IMG/VR virus record: IMGVR_UViG_3300020183_000009
Length of the DNA stretch: 64,000 nt
Reading direction: 5' to 3' (one strand)
Origin: a virus
In this document: piece by piece, positions 47,883-57,859 of the stretch
Layout: each line of letters begins with the position of its first letter
Numbering within the stretch: the first letter of the stretch is position 1
Position numbers and translations under genes: made by a program
Notes under the pieces: model-generated
The model's input: only the letters and a program-made list of their open reading frames with translations
What the model was told of the DNA's origin: nothing
The model's database searches: none

Positions 47883-48398
47883 TTACATATTATTTCTTAT
47901 GATGTCAATTACGTTTTGGTCAATGGGATTTTTTTCAATTTGTCTAATCATTTGGTCAGTCCTTTCCTTATCAATCTTACTTTGTAAATTTTCTAAATCC
48001 TTATCAAAGGATGGTATATCCTTTTTAAGTTCTGTGATAACTTCCTCATCATCAGTCATAAACGTCTTGAAATAAGCGTCGTCAAGATACACTTTAGTAT
48101 TCATTACTTTGTTGATGTGTTTTTTAATCTCATCTTTCTTAACACCTAACACTTTTCTTATTTTATAAGATTGTTCAATTGATTTGAATTTTCTAAAAGT
48201 AACGTCTTGGGCTTCACTCTTAAAATTAATATCAATTTTATTTTCTTCCAAGTATTCAAGTATATCCATTAAAGTATCATGCTCATCCATTATACCCATT
48301 GATTCGAAGAGTGCAAAAAGGTCTTCAGAAGGTATTACCCATCTTTGCTCTTTTTTACTCTGAATTTGTTTTTCTATAAAATCCATTAACTTTGGCAT
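47883..48398 (-). CDS. hypothetical protein
   Basis: Start moved to MPKLM. Confidence 0.7.
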   Translation of the reverse strand: MPKLMDFIEKQIQSKKEQRWVIPSEDLFALFESMGIMDEHDTLMDILEYLEENKIDINFKSEAQDVTFRKFKSIEQSYKIRKVLGVKKDEIKKHINKVMNTKVYLDDAYFKTFMTDDEEVITELKKDIPSFDKDLENLQSKIDKERTDQMIRQIEKNPIDQNVIDIIRNNM

Positions 48399-48402
48399 AC
48401 TA

Positions 48403-48756
48403 TTACAATTTTGTTGGTCTATTTTCTTCAAACCATTCTATAATTGCATTTATCGCCCACACTGACCCTGACGAAATTATTCCGTCAAAAAACCAACTAA
48501 TCCATAATGGAGTTTCATATAACATAAATGTCGGTGAAAAAATAGTTAGTGATAAAAACCATCCTCCATGAAACCCAAAACACATCGGACACGATAAAAT
48601 CTCAGAAATAAATTGCCCAACAGGTCTAAATAGGGCGTATTCATTATCCCCCCATTTATTAAAAAAAGTTCTAACCCCTTCAAATATTGAGGAGAATACC
48701 ATAATGTTCATTAATCCGTAACTTAAAATGAACCATGTTAAAATGTTAGTTGTCAT
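48403..48756 (-). CDS. DUF1360-like membrane protein
   Basis: TM helices with LSCPMC.GF motif. Confidence 0.6.
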   Translation of the reverse strand: MTTNILTWFILSYGLMNIMVFSSIFEGVRTFFNKWGDNEYALFRPVGQFISEILSCPMCFGFHGGWFLSLTIFSPTFMLYETPLWISWFFDGIISSGSVWAINAIIEWFEENRPTKL

Positions 48757-49474
48757 ATTTTATATTTTTTTTAATATTATCCTCGGCCCATAATGGTTGG
48801 AGGTTAGTGTAATGATTTAGTTTAACTAAATCTTCTTCATTTTCAGAAAGGTATAATGGTTTTATGTGGTCTAAATGCCACTCCCCATAATTTTCCCACG
48901 ACATTCCTTCTTTAAATTTACTTTCAATATAGGATTTAAATTTTTCTTTATCAAGACCTATAATTTCAAAAGTTCTTTTACTTTTATTTTCCCCTGTTAA
49001 ATATTCTCTAATCCTATCTCTAAGATTCTTTTCGAGGCGTTCTAAAGGGTCGATTTTTAGTTTTAAAGATTTATATACGTTATTTTTTTCTCTTAAAACT
49101 TTTTTATTTTCATGATAATATTTTTTACTTTTTTCACGAATACTATCAATATTTTTTAAATACCATTCCTTTCTTTTTATTTTTTCTTTTTTCTTAAATT
49201 CCTCATTTTTACGATAAAGAATTAATCTGTTTTTAGATAACATCTCAGGATGTTTTTCCAAATATTTATTAATACTTTCTTTATATTTTTCAGGATTATT
49301 TTTTCTATAATTTTTAGATGATTGATTAACTTTATCTCTGTGTTTATTTCTATAATCAACACCTCTTAACCTTTCACATTCCTTACAATATATTGACCTA
49401 CCGTCTGATTTATTTTTATTAATACCAAATTCAAATAAATCTTTAATTATATTACATTTTTTACATTTTTTCAT
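48746..49474 (-). CDS. HNH-type homing endonuclease
   Basis: N-terminal CKKC..CKEC, Lys-rich linker, MSWENYG.WHLDHIKP...HYTNLQPLW..DN..K. Confidence 0.85.
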   Translation of the reverse strand: MKKCKKCNIIKDLFEFGINKNKSDGRSIYCKECERLRGVDYRNKHRDKVNQSSKNYRKNNPEKYKESINKYLEKHPEMLSKNRLILYRKNEEFKKKEKIKRKEWYLKNIDSIREKSKKYYHENKKVLREKNNVYKSLKLKIDPLERLEKNLRDRIREYLTGENKSKRTFEIIGLDKEKFKSYIESKFKEGMSWENYGEWHLDHIKPLYLSENEEDLVKLNHYTNLQPLWAEDNIKKNIKYDN

Positions 49475-49530
49475 ATTTTTTTATTATAAATATTTCTAAA
49501 TTAAAAATGTATGATATGTTCTAAAAAAAT

Positions 49531-50265
49531 TTATAAATTTTGACTAATATTTGACGATTTCATAAAAACCGCACCTTTATTTATGTTACTCTGCAAACTG
49601 TTTAGTTTGTTAGTTAACTCTTCTATTTTTTTATCTTTGTCGATTGTTTCTTTTTTCAATTTTTGTAAAGTCTCACTTAACATTTTTACTTTATTTTCAT
49701 CGACATTAATGTCTAAATTACGTCTAAGTTTGTCTAACTCTTCAGTATTTTTAGACATTTCATTTTGGAAAATATTTTCCATTTCTTCTGTTTTAATGGA
49801 AAAATTTTTCCGTTCAGAATCTAATTCTTGTTTTAAATGGAAAATATTTTCTTCCAACTTGGCAATTATTCCACCAAGTTCATCTTCTGTTGTTTTGTCA
49901 CTAATATATTCAATTTTTGTGACAACTTTCTCAACAGGAACTTCCTTAATTACCTCTTTTTCAACTACAACTTCCTTGATAATTTCAACAGGAACCTCAA
50001 TTATTTTTTCAACCTCTTTAGTAACTTCAATAGGTATTTCCACTCGTTTTTCAACAATAACTTCTTTTATTATGTGTTTTTCTTCTTCCCCGTCTATTTT
50101 TAAGTCTTTTTCACCCTCATTAAGTGTTTCTCCTAAAAGACCATATTTTTTAACATCAAATCCTTGTTTGAAACAATCTTGAATGAACTTGTTAATATCC
50201 GTAATGCTGTTAAGCATACAGAACTCATAAATCTCTTTATTGTTTTTAACTTCGATTGAATACAT
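49531..50265 (-). CDS. protein with VE[VI]PVE repeats and coiled coil
   Basis: IKEVIVEKRVEIPIE...IKEVPVEKVV repeats. Confidence 0.75.
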   Translation of the reverse strand: MYSIEVKNNKEIYEFCMLNSITDINKFIQDCFKQGFDVKKYGLLGETLNEGEKDLKIDGEEEKHIIKEVIVEKRVEIPIEVTKEVEKIIEVPVEIIKEVVVEKEVIKEVPVEKVVTKIEYISDKTTEDELGGIIAKLEENIFHLKQELDSERKNFSIKTEEMENIFQNEMSKNTEELDKLRRNLDINVDENKVKMLSETLQKLKKETIDKDKKIEELTNKLNSLQSNINKGAVFMKSSNISQNL

Positions 50266-50266
50266 A

Positions 50267-51148
50267 TTACATACAAGTTAGATATCGTTCACCTCTGTCA
50301 CAAAGAATTGTAATTACATTATCTCTACCAGTTTCTTGACAATACTTTAAAGAACCTGATACATTTGCCCCTGCACTAATCCCGACAAAAATCCCAAACT
50401 CTTTGGCTAATCGTAAAGCCATATTAGTAGCTTCTTGAGTTGACACCGTAATAATCTTGTCAACAAAATTTAAATCAACCATAAACTTTGACCCGTCTCC
50501 GATACCTTGAATTCCGTGTAACCTTGGTTCTCCACCGCTCATTACAGGTGATTCTGCTGGCTCCACCGCAACTATTTGTAAGTCAAAAAATTGTTCTGAC
50601 AACATTCTACCAGCACCCATAAGAGTTCCACCTGTACCAGTACCAGCAATGAATGCTGATGGGTTAATACCATTACACCTACATTGATACATCAATTCAA
50701 CACCCGTCCCCATGTAGTGAGATTCCAAATTTTTAGGGTTATCGAATTGGTTTCCATTAAACCATCCATTCTTGATTGCTAACTCATCTCTTAATTTTAT
50801 CGCTCCATCAAAGTCGCCAGGTCCAACTTCAATAAGTTCTGCTCCGTAAAACTTTAAAATCTTTTTACGTTCATCACTCATGTTAGATGGCATCACAATT
50901 ACACATTTAAGACCCATCTGAACACATAACATAGCAAATGAAATACCTGCGTTACCACTAGTTGCCTCAACAACAGTATCGCCCTTATTTAATAAACCAT
51001 CATCAAAACCACTTTTAAGTATGTTGTAAATTGGTCTATCTTTAACAGAACCTGATGGGTTCATAAACTCAGCCTTACCCCATATGGTAAACCCGTCTAT
51101 GTTTAATGGTAACAGTGATGTTTGTCCAATGGTTAACTCAGTTCTCAT
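50267..51148 (-). CDS. cysK: cysteine synthase (PLP-dependent, CysK/CysM family)
   Basis: KAEFMNPSGSVKDR, EATSGNAG, NQF.N, GTGTGGT, HGIQGIG, GIS.GA, CDRGERY. Confidence 0.92.
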   Translation of the reverse strand: MRTELTIGQTSLLPLNIDGFTIWGKAEFMNPSGSVKDRPIYNILKSGFDDGLLNKGDTVVEATSGNAGISFAMLCVQMGLKCVIVMPSNMSDERKKILKFYGAELIEVGPGDFDGAIKLRDELAIKNGWFNGNQFDNPKNLESHYMGTGVELMYQCRCNGINPSAFIAGTGTGGTLMGAGRMLSEQFFDLQIVAVEPAESPVMSGGEPRLHGIQGIGDGSKFMVDLNFVDKIITVSTQEATNMALRLAKEFGIFVGISAGANVSGSLKYCQETGRDNVITILCDRGERYLTCM

Positions 51149-51927
51149 TATGCGTTCGCAAGTTTTTCAGTTCCGTTTATTATGTCGTCAAATGACTTTA
51201 TTTTAAATGCCAGAAATGGTTTTGGGTTTTCCAAGTCAACAAACTCGTATTTGTCTTTAGATACGTCATAGATTCCATATCCATGTTTTTTTAATGTCTC
51301 TCCGTAGTTTTGTTGAATTGTCGAACCAACCATATAAGCTTTCTTACCTTCAGGGATATTAAAAACTTGTCTTTTATGAATGTCACCACAAAGAACCAAA
51401 TCACATCCCACAAACTTGTCACTCTCAAATCCCGTATCAAATTTATAACCTATATCAGTTGTCAATCCTTGTACAGGTCCATGGAATAACCCTATTTTAA
51501 CCCTATCTGATTTTTCAATATCAGGTGGGATGTTGTGGTCCATTAATGAGTAAACAACCCAATCAATATTTTGGTCTTCATATACTCCCCTGTTTTTTAA
51601 ATAAACTATATTATCATCTTGTAATGAATCAATTATTGGTGTTAAAGCATCCAATCTTGACATATTATTTTCAAGGAAATCATGATTACCAATAATAAGA
51701 ACTGTTTTAGCAATTTTTGAGCACTCAGTTAATGTCCAAGCAACAAACTCAATAAGTTCAGGAGTCATTTGATTTTTAGAATGGACTAAATCACCAGTAA
51801 AAACTATTCTATCAGGGGCAATTTCTTTAAACTGATTAAACATATTGTTTAAGATACTTCGGTAAAGTTCGTGGTCTTTAAACAACCTTATGTGTAAATC
51901 AGAAAAGTGTACTAACTTTTTTATCAT
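51148..51927 (-). CDS. SbcD/Mre11-like metallophosphoesterase nuclease
   Basis: SDLH, TGDL, GNHD, FHG, GDIH, GS..QQNYGE. Confidence 0.9.
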   Translation of the reverse strand: MIKKLVHFSDLHIRLFKDHELYRSILNNMFNQFKEIAPDRIVFTGDLVHSKNQMTPELIEFVAWTLTECSKIAKTVLIIGNHDFLENNMSRLDALTPIIDSLQDDNIVYLKNRGVYEDQNIDWVVYSLMDHNIPPDIEKSDRVKIGLFHGPVQGLTTDIGYKFDTGFESDKFVGCDLVLCGDIHKRQVFNIPEGKKAYMVGSTIQQNYGETLKKHGYGIYDVSKDKYEFVDLENPKPFLAFKIKSFDDIINGTEKLANA

Positions 51928-52039
51928 AGACAAAAATATAGTCGAATTTTATTAAAATGTCAATTAACAAAAAACCCACATTTAAATTAATATTAAAAAT
52001 AAAAGTTGTATATTTGTAGAAATATTAAAACTTAATCAC

Positions 52040-52480
52040 ATGAAAAATTTATTTTTGATTTTTATCATTTTAAGTAATGAGTTTTTATCTCAGAGTAGAA
52101 TTTTATTTTCTATTGATAGTGTAACTTTTTATCAGTCACCCAAATTTTTTGATACCGTCAATCCTATTGAGGACAGTTCAGTTATTTTTTATTCTGAAAT
52201 TGACTACTATACTCTTTATGATTTAGATTTAAATCTTAACACTATAACAATATATTATAATAGAAGCGTGTTTAAATATAATATAATAAAAAAAGAAATT
52301 AATTATGATTTTATTGTTTTTGATGTAGACAAAAAAACAGAAACACAATCTTCAGCAGAATACAAAATTTACTTAAATGAAAATTCACCAACAAAGATAA
52401 ACTATTTTTATTATGATAAAGATGAGTTATTAACTTTTGGATATTTTTCAAAAAATATGAAGATTCTAAATTGTGAATAG
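52040..52480 (+). CDS. putative exported protein
   Basis: Signal-peptide-like N-terminus; TATATTTG promoter at 52009-52016. Confidence 0.6.
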   Translation: MKNLFLIFIILSNEFLSQSRILFSIDSVTFYQSPKFFDTVNPIEDSSVIFYSEIDYYTLYDLDLNLNTITIYYNRSVFKYNIIKKEINYDFIVFDVDKKTETQSSAEYKIYLNENSPTKINYFYYDKDELLTFGYFSKNMKILNCE

Positions 52481-52485
52481 AACCT

Positions 52486-52803
52486 TTATGATTTACAAGA
52501 AAGGCTTTTTAATGCTATTTTTTGTAATTTATCTTTCCCTGATGTCGGCGCAGGTACTACACTCCCGTTACACCCAACAGTCCAAGTTTTATCAGATAAT
52601 GCTTTTTCACCTTGTTTAGGTACGTTTTTCATTTGAACGTCGGCAAATTTTCCATTGTAATTATATTCTGGACCAATCGTATCTGTACCAATGTGAGTCC
52701 AAGATAGACCATCAATCATATAAACGGTTGTGTCTTGTTCCATAATTACTCTCTTTACAATTCTTGCAAGGTCTGATTCAGTTAATCTTATAATTCTTTT
52801 CAT
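52486..52803 (-). CDS. LTE-leader protein (putative internal head protein)
   Basis: MKRIIRLTESDLARIVKRVIMEQ leader; TATTTAT at 52823-52829. Confidence 0.75.
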   Translation of the reverse strand: MKRIIRLTESDLARIVKRVIMEQDTTVYMIDGLSWTHIGTDTIGPEYNYNGKFADVQMKNVPKQGEKALSDKTWTVGCNGSVVPAPTSGKDKLQKIALKSLSCKS

Positions 52804-52852
52804 AATTTTTATATTTTTATTAATAAATATATCAATAAAAAAAAAACACATT

Positions 52853-53086
52853 TTACATTACAATTTTTGGTGGTATTCCTAGTTCGTCATTATCATCAGG
52901 ATTTATAGTTATAGGTAATGAAGAAATTTTAGATAAACGTTTCCATTTATTAATATCAAAATCTGGTTCTTCTTTAACCTTTTTCATTTTTTCTTGAATG
53001 GTTTCAATATCTTTTTGTTGGATGACTGTCCAACTTCTGTTAGTCATAAAACCTTCTAACCAAATATAAAATTCTTTGTATGTCAT
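52853..53086 (-). CDS. hypothetical protein
   Basis: EFYIWLEGF motif. Confidence 0.7.
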   Translation of the reverse strand: MTYKEFYIWLEGFMTNRSWTVIQQKDIETIQEKMKKVKEEPDFDINKWKRLSKISSLPITINPDDNDELGIPPKIVM

Positions 53087-53229
53087 ACTAATTCTCTTGA
53101 ATATAAATTAACTAAAATGATTCTTGCAAATTTAAAGTCTTTAACCCGATTAAGTTTTAATCCGTATGATAACGCTATTGATTTTAGATGAGGATATACC
53201 TCACTAATTGTCATTTTACCAATTTCCAT
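53083..53229 (-). CDS. small hypothetical protein (48 aa)
   Basis: Manual translation MEIGKMTISEV...; coupled at both ends. Confidence 0.6.
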   Translation of the reverse strand: MEIGKMTISEVYPHLKSIALSYGLKLNRVKDFKFARIILVNLYSRELV

Positions 53230-53453
53230 TATTTATCAAATAATTCAAAGTCTTTATTAACGTGTCCGCAATCGTTACACATATAGGTTGGGAAAGGCAC
53301 TAATGTGTCTTCAGAACTACCTGTCAATAATTTAGGTACTTTTTTAATTAACACGACTTCTCTAAAGAATTTGCTACCACATTTCTCACAAATAATCGTT
53401 TCTTGTTGTTTTAAATCAATTTTAGGCCTAATAATATTATCTTCCATATTCAT
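53229..53453 (-). CDS. Zn-ribbon protein
   Basis: CEKCG...CNDCGH. Confidence 0.75.
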   Translation of the reverse strand: MNMEDNIIRPKIDLKQQETIICEKCGSKFFREVVLIKKVPKLLTGSSEDTLVPFPTYMCNDCGHVNKDFELFDK

Positions 53454-53700
53454 TTATTTTATGTATTTTATAATCTTCATCGAAATAATTTTGTTTTTTC
53501 ATTTCTCTTGTAAATTCAAATTGGTCAATTAAGTTTGGTTCTGAACCATTTTTAAGTTCGAACTCATACATATTTTCATTAAGGTATTGTAAAATCTCTT
53601 CTTCACTTTTACCTTCAAATTCGGGATACTCTTCAGTGTTGATTTCAATATCACCATAAAGTTCATAACAACGATAAGTTTTTTCTAATCTGATTTTCAT
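53437..53700 (-). CDS. hypothetical protein
   Basis: Start moved to MKIRL. Confidence 0.65.
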   Translation of the reverse strand: MKIRLEKTYRCYELYGDIEINTEEYPEFEGKSEEEILQYLNENMYEFELKNGSEPNLIDQFEFTREMKKQNYFDEDYKIHKINEYGR

Positions 53701-53808
53701 TTTAGTGTGTAGTTGACTGTAAATTTTATGGTTTTGTCGTCCCAAGTTGTGTTGTACCACCACGATAATGTTATATTACTTTCCATGTTAAAATATAATT
53801 TATTTAGT

Positions 53809-54666
53809 TTATTTTGTCAAATACTTACTCATATCCATATTCATAATAGTATTCATAACTTCTTTAGGTACTCGGTACTCTTCATACTGACCTTCATCAC
53901 TTAGGTGTACAACAATACATCCATATACCTTAATATTTTCATATTTACTACCTTTTAACATATTCAAAAATAACTTAGCATAAAGAGGTAATTGTGTAAA
54001 ATAGTGACCAAGTGCGGTATCATCTAAATTATTAAATGGATATTTCATTTTTTTGGTAAAGTGGTTCGCCTCAAAATTCTTCTTTTTATTTGTTTTCCAA
54101 TCTGTAACAACTATCCCAACTTCAGTTTTTTCTTTATTAAAGAATAACCATTTCTTATCAGGTTGACCTACATATCCTAATTCATTACTCCCTAATACTA
54201 TTTCGGTGTCAAGTAATATTCCTCCTCGTTCTTCCATTAACTCAAGGTATTCATTACCCGCGGAAATCATCGAATCACCTTTTAATATTTGCGTAAAATC
54301 AACTTCAAATATAGGTTCCCTAACTTCCTTATTTAAACCAAACATTTCAACTGACTTTTTCTCTAAAAAGTAGTGAACTCTTGACCCCATATTAGTCGAG
54401 TATGTTCCAGCGTCGGCCCACTCTTTTAATAATCTCTCTTTCTCAATTGGGTCTCCATCGGCTTTCTTTTCGGCAATTCCATTTGAATCAAACTCGGTGT
54501 AAAAAAGTTTCATAACTTTTGATACTGAGGGCCAATCTGACCTTAATTTCCCTTCCTTATCGGCCATTGTATAAGTGTGGGTATCTTCAACGAAAGTTAA
54601 TTGTAATTCTTCTTGTTTTTTCTTTATTATTTCGTTAATTTCATCTCTTATTTCGTATAAATTCAT
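53809..54666 (-). CDS. PD-(D/E)xK exonuclease
   Basis: H.Y..PSVS, G..VH, E, GQPD, DWKT, QL.LY motifs. Confidence 0.85.
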   Translation of the reverse strand: MNLYEIRDEINEIIKKKQEELQLTFVEDTHTYTMADKEGKLRSDWPSVSKVMKLFYTEFDSNGIAEKKADGDPIEKERLLKEWADAGTYSTNMGSRVHYFLEKKSVEMFGLNKEVREPIFEVDFTQILKGDSMISAGNEYLELMEERGGILLDTEIVLGSNELGYVGQPDKKWLFFNKEKTEVGIVVTDWKTNKKKNFEANHFTKKMKYPFNNLDDTALGHYFTQLPLYAKLFLNMLKGSKYENIKVYGCIVVHLSDEGQYEEYRVPKEVMNTIMNMDMSKYLTK

Positions 54667-55565
54667 CTCATATTGTAATAATACTCATTTATTTGTCCTC
54701 TTAAATCACAGACATCTTTATCTTTTGGTAATTTAACTATTTTAATTCTACCATATAATTCACCACCATTTAAATCGTTATATAGTTTAACCGCATCATC
54801 CCACGCATCACCATCTAAAGAAATTATTATATTTTTTTTACATTTTTTATAAATGGTTTCAAATAAAAGTTGTGACATGTGTTTACCTAACATCGGGACG
54901 CTATTTGGTAAAAAGAAACCATCAAAAACACCTTCAACTAAGTAAATATCTTTTTTCCAATCTATTAAATTCTCGTTGAAGATTATTTTGTCTTTTTCGG
55001 CTTCAGGGTTTTTGTATTTTGATTTAGTGTTTGGTATCCAACTTCTTGCGATGTAATAATTTAACTCCCCGTTTTTGTTGTAGGATGGTACAATTATTCT
55101 ACTAGCATGTGTTCCCGTATCACAAAATCCAATACCATATTTTTCAATTATTTCATCGTCAATACCTCTATTTTTAAGATAATTATATGCCTGTTTTCTA
55201 ACGGGATATACAGGGGAGGAATCTTTAAAAGTTGTGAAATTTGGTGGTAATGTTAATTTTTTAACTCTCTTTTCTTTAGGTTTAAACTCTTCAGGTTGTA
55301 GAACTTTATAAACTTTTTTTTGTTTCTTATTACCATATGTGTCGAACAACTTACCTAAAGGTCCGTGAGTATCGTTTACATCTCCACATGCCCAACATTT
55401 ATACACATGTGAAAAATAATTAATTTCAAGATTTCCTTTATTCCTACCATCATCACAAACGGGGCAGTCAAAAGCAATCTGTCCTTTATTTTCGTAATGT
55501 TGTTTTTCATCACCAAGGACTTCTCGTAATAATTCTACTAAAATTTCTGCATCGTCTGACATCAC
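54663..55565 (-). CDS. DnaG-like DNA primase
   Basis: CPVC..CWAC zinc domain, YLKNRGI, RIIVP, KYKNP, TOPRIM LVEGVFD and LDGDA, KD. Confidence 0.9.
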   Translation of the reverse strand: MMSDDAEILVELLREVLGDEKQHYENKGQIAFDCPVCDDGRNKGNLEINYFSHVYKCWACGDVNDTHGPLGKLFDTYGNKKQKKVYKVLQPEEFKPKEKRVKKLTLPPNFTTFKDSSPVYPVRKQAYNYLKNRGIDDEIIEKYGIGFCDTGTHASRIIVPSYNKNGELNYYIARSWIPNTKSKYKNPEAEKDKIIFNENLIDWKKDIYLVEGVFDGFFLPNSVPMLGKHMSQLLFETIYKKCKKNIIISLDGDAWDDAVKLYNDLNGGELYGRIKIVKLPKDKDVCDLRGQINEYYYNMR

Positions 55566-55640
55566 TTAAAAATAAGATATAATATTAAAATAATCAATCT
55601 TCACAAGTTTTCAGGGGTCATTATATTTATCTAAAAAAGA

Positions 55641-55859
55641 ATGCCAACACAAATAACAATAAATGATGTGACAGGGGTAACCCCGTGTAATGTTTATCTA
55701 TGTGATAACCCAATTACTATGTGTGTTTATATCGATACGATAAATTCTTTTCCATATGATTTTTTTGTACCACCATCCGTTGACGGTCAAACTAGTTACA
55801 ATTTAAAAATAGTTGACGATAATAATTGTGAAATAATTAAAAATTTAAGTTTATTATAA
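55641..55859 (+). CDS. small Cys-containing structural protein
   Basis: TATTTAT at 55624-55630; similar to 57516..57785 (I.I..[VI].G..P..VY.C...CV....IN). Confidence 0.7.
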   Translation: MPTQITINDVTGVTPCNVYLCDNPITMCVYIDTINSFPYDFFVPPSVDGQTSYNLKIVDDNNCEIIKNLSLL

Positions 55860-57509
55860 ATGCCGATATATCAAATTCAAAATACGGGACCATCAACTTA
55901 TGTTGGTTTTACATTCACAGATATTTTATCTTCGGTTAAAGTTTTTGACCTAGAACCTTCATTATATTATTACATTAACGCGGCGGGAACTATAACATCA
56001 CCATCAGTAGATATTGTAGTAACCTTAATAGAAAAAGAAATTCCTGTTTTAGAATTTTCGGGTTGTTGTAGTGGCGAAACATTCGCCATTGCAATTTCTC
56101 GAAGGGATTCAGTAAATTTTGGGTTAGGCGATACTCTTTATTTTACAGATATAATATCATCTTCAAACCCTAACAATGAATTAAATGGTTGTTATCGAAT
56201 TGTTAATTCAGGTTATACATCAGCTTTACCTTATTACACAATTTTTTCCTCAGATAATTTTAGGTTGGGTACTTCATATCTTGACTGTAACTCTTGTATT
56301 ACTTCATTCCCTTGTTCAGTCCCTCCTGTGTGTGAGGAAATATATTGTATAAGTGGAACCGATACAATTTTTGACAGTACTTACTACAGTGCGGGTACTT
56401 ATAATTCACAACTATATTGGACGGGAAGTTCAAACAACTATTATATTTACTATTCAATAGGTAACAAACAATGGTGTTTATCAACATCTTTAGGTGGTAT
56501 GTGTCTCCTATCAGGTAAGTCACCTTGTTTTTCAGAATGTCCTGATTTATGTGAAGAATTTTTCTCTTCAGGTGTTTGCCCTCCAACTACTACAACAACA
56601 ACTTATTGTGAGGTTTTTGATTTTACCGCAATTTTTGATTGTGATGTTTCTATTAGTCCTACTCCAACTCCAACGTCAACTTTAACACCTACCCCTACCC
56701 CTACCGCAACTAACTTAACATGTGCTAACATAGATGTAGATGCGGTTATTGTTGGCATTACTCCAACCTCAACACCAACACCAACACCCACTCCAACACC
56801 AACAAGAATAATAAATAGACCTTGTAACATAACAGGTGATGTTTTTTTCACAACAATTGAGGGTGACCTTTCTTGTCCTGTTAGTAAACAATTCCAAGAT
56901 TGTATTAATGGTATGATGTATTACACCACTATGTCAGTACCTACACCATCAGGTGATACTTTAGAGGAATATATGATATTCAAAGCAACTGTCGATGGTG
57001 TTTCTAAATGTATTTCATATGTAGGTGTTAATCCTGAAAGTATTGGTGTGACTGAAATTATTTTAACTGAAGGTCCTGTGGGTTACTTCAATTTAGGTCA
57101 GTGTGTTGAATGTTATCCTGAACCGAGTCCAACACCTAGTATGACACCAACTCCTACTTTAACACCAACTCCTACTTTGACACCAACTCCTTCATTACCT
57201 CAACAATTTTACGTTTACCTTAATTGTAAAAAAACTACAGTTGAGTTTTCATCCTCTAAAGAACTTGGTAAAAATACAAAAAAAACAATAAATCAATACT
57301 TAATTCAAAATTTTCCAGGACCTTCATTAGATTCATCTAAAACGTTCTATGGTAATGATGGTAACTGTTGGACTTTTTATGGGGTTTACCCGAACTATCC
57401 TTCACTTCCACCAGGTTCAAATATTATAAACTACACAGGTAACTATTTTTCAAGTGTTGTGACTCCAACATTATATACTGATTGTGAAACTTGTTTATCA
57501 TATAATTAG
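55860..57509 (+). CDS. Cys-rich, Pro-Thr-repeat structural/fibre protein
   Basis: Three PT linkers between Cys-rich domains. Confidence 0.75.
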   Translation: MPIYQIQNTGPSTYVGFTFTDILSSVKVFDLEPSLYYYINAAGTITSPSVDIVVTLIEKEIPVLEFSGCCSGETFAIAISRRDSVNFGLGDTLYFTDIISSSNPNNELNGCYRIVNSGYTSALPYYTIFSSDNFRLGTSYLDCNSCITSFPCSVPPVCEEIYCISGTDTIFDSTYYSAGTYNSQLYWTGSSNNYYIYYSIGNKQWCLSTSLGGMCLLSGKSPCFSECPDLCEEFFSSGVCPPTTTTTTYCEVFDFTAIFDCDVSISPTPTPTSTLTPTPTPTATNLTCANIDVDAVIVGITPTSTPTPTPTPTPTRIINRPCNITGDVFFTTIEGDLSCPVSKQFQDCINGMMYYTTMSVPTPSGDTLEEYMIFKATVDGVSKCISYVGVNPESIGVTEIILTEGPVGYFNLGQCVECYPEPSPTPSMTPTPTLTPTPTLTPTPSLPQQFYVYLNCKKTTVEFSSSKELGKNTKKTINQYLIQNFPGPSLDSSKTFYGNDGNCWTFYGVYPNYPSLPPGSNIINYTGNYFSSVVTPTLYTDCETCLSYN

Positions 57510-57515
57510 TAATTT

Positions 57516-57785
57516 ATGAATGGTATCGATATTACATCTATAATAGGTTCTAATTTTCCATATGAAGTTTATGTTTGTAATTCATATGGTGGACAATGTG
57601 TATTAGTCGCAACTATAAATACAAGTGTGGGGCCTCCTGTTGTTATTTCACCATTACCTTCAATTTTTAATAATATTCCTGAAGTAGGTATCAAATTGGT
57701 TTCTCTTTCAGAAGGATGTATTACTTTTAAAACTGTACCATGTAACTCACTTCCTATAACTCCAACACCAACACTTATTACTTAA
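57516..57785 (+). CDS. small structural protein with PT tail, possibly frameshifted at 3-prime end
   Basis: Paralog of 55641..55859; coding-like sequence continues in another frame to 57859. Confidence 0.65.
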   Translation: MNGIDITSIIGSNFPYEVYVCNSYGGQCVLVATINTSVGPPVVISPLPSIFNNIPEVGIKLVSLSEGCITFKTVPCNSLPITPTPTLIT

Positions 57786-57859
57786 CTGGTGCGACAGGTA
57801 CAGGTCCTTACGACATTAGGACAAATACTAAATGTGGTTTATTGTTAAAGGGGATTTGA

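Larger units (their letters stand above)
2525..52016. promoter_or_regulatory. dispersed Bacteroidota-type -7 promoter TAnnTTTG
   Basis: Minus: 2525, 11394, 15769, 16593, 18420, 31711, 32045, 45194, 51931. Plus: 52009. Each sits just upstream of a non-structural gene. Confidence 0.75.

Noticed and set aside
53809-54666. Cas4 / CRISPR adaptation gene
   Set aside because: No Fe-S cysteine cluster and no cas context; fits a phage PD-(D/E)xK exonuclease next to primase.
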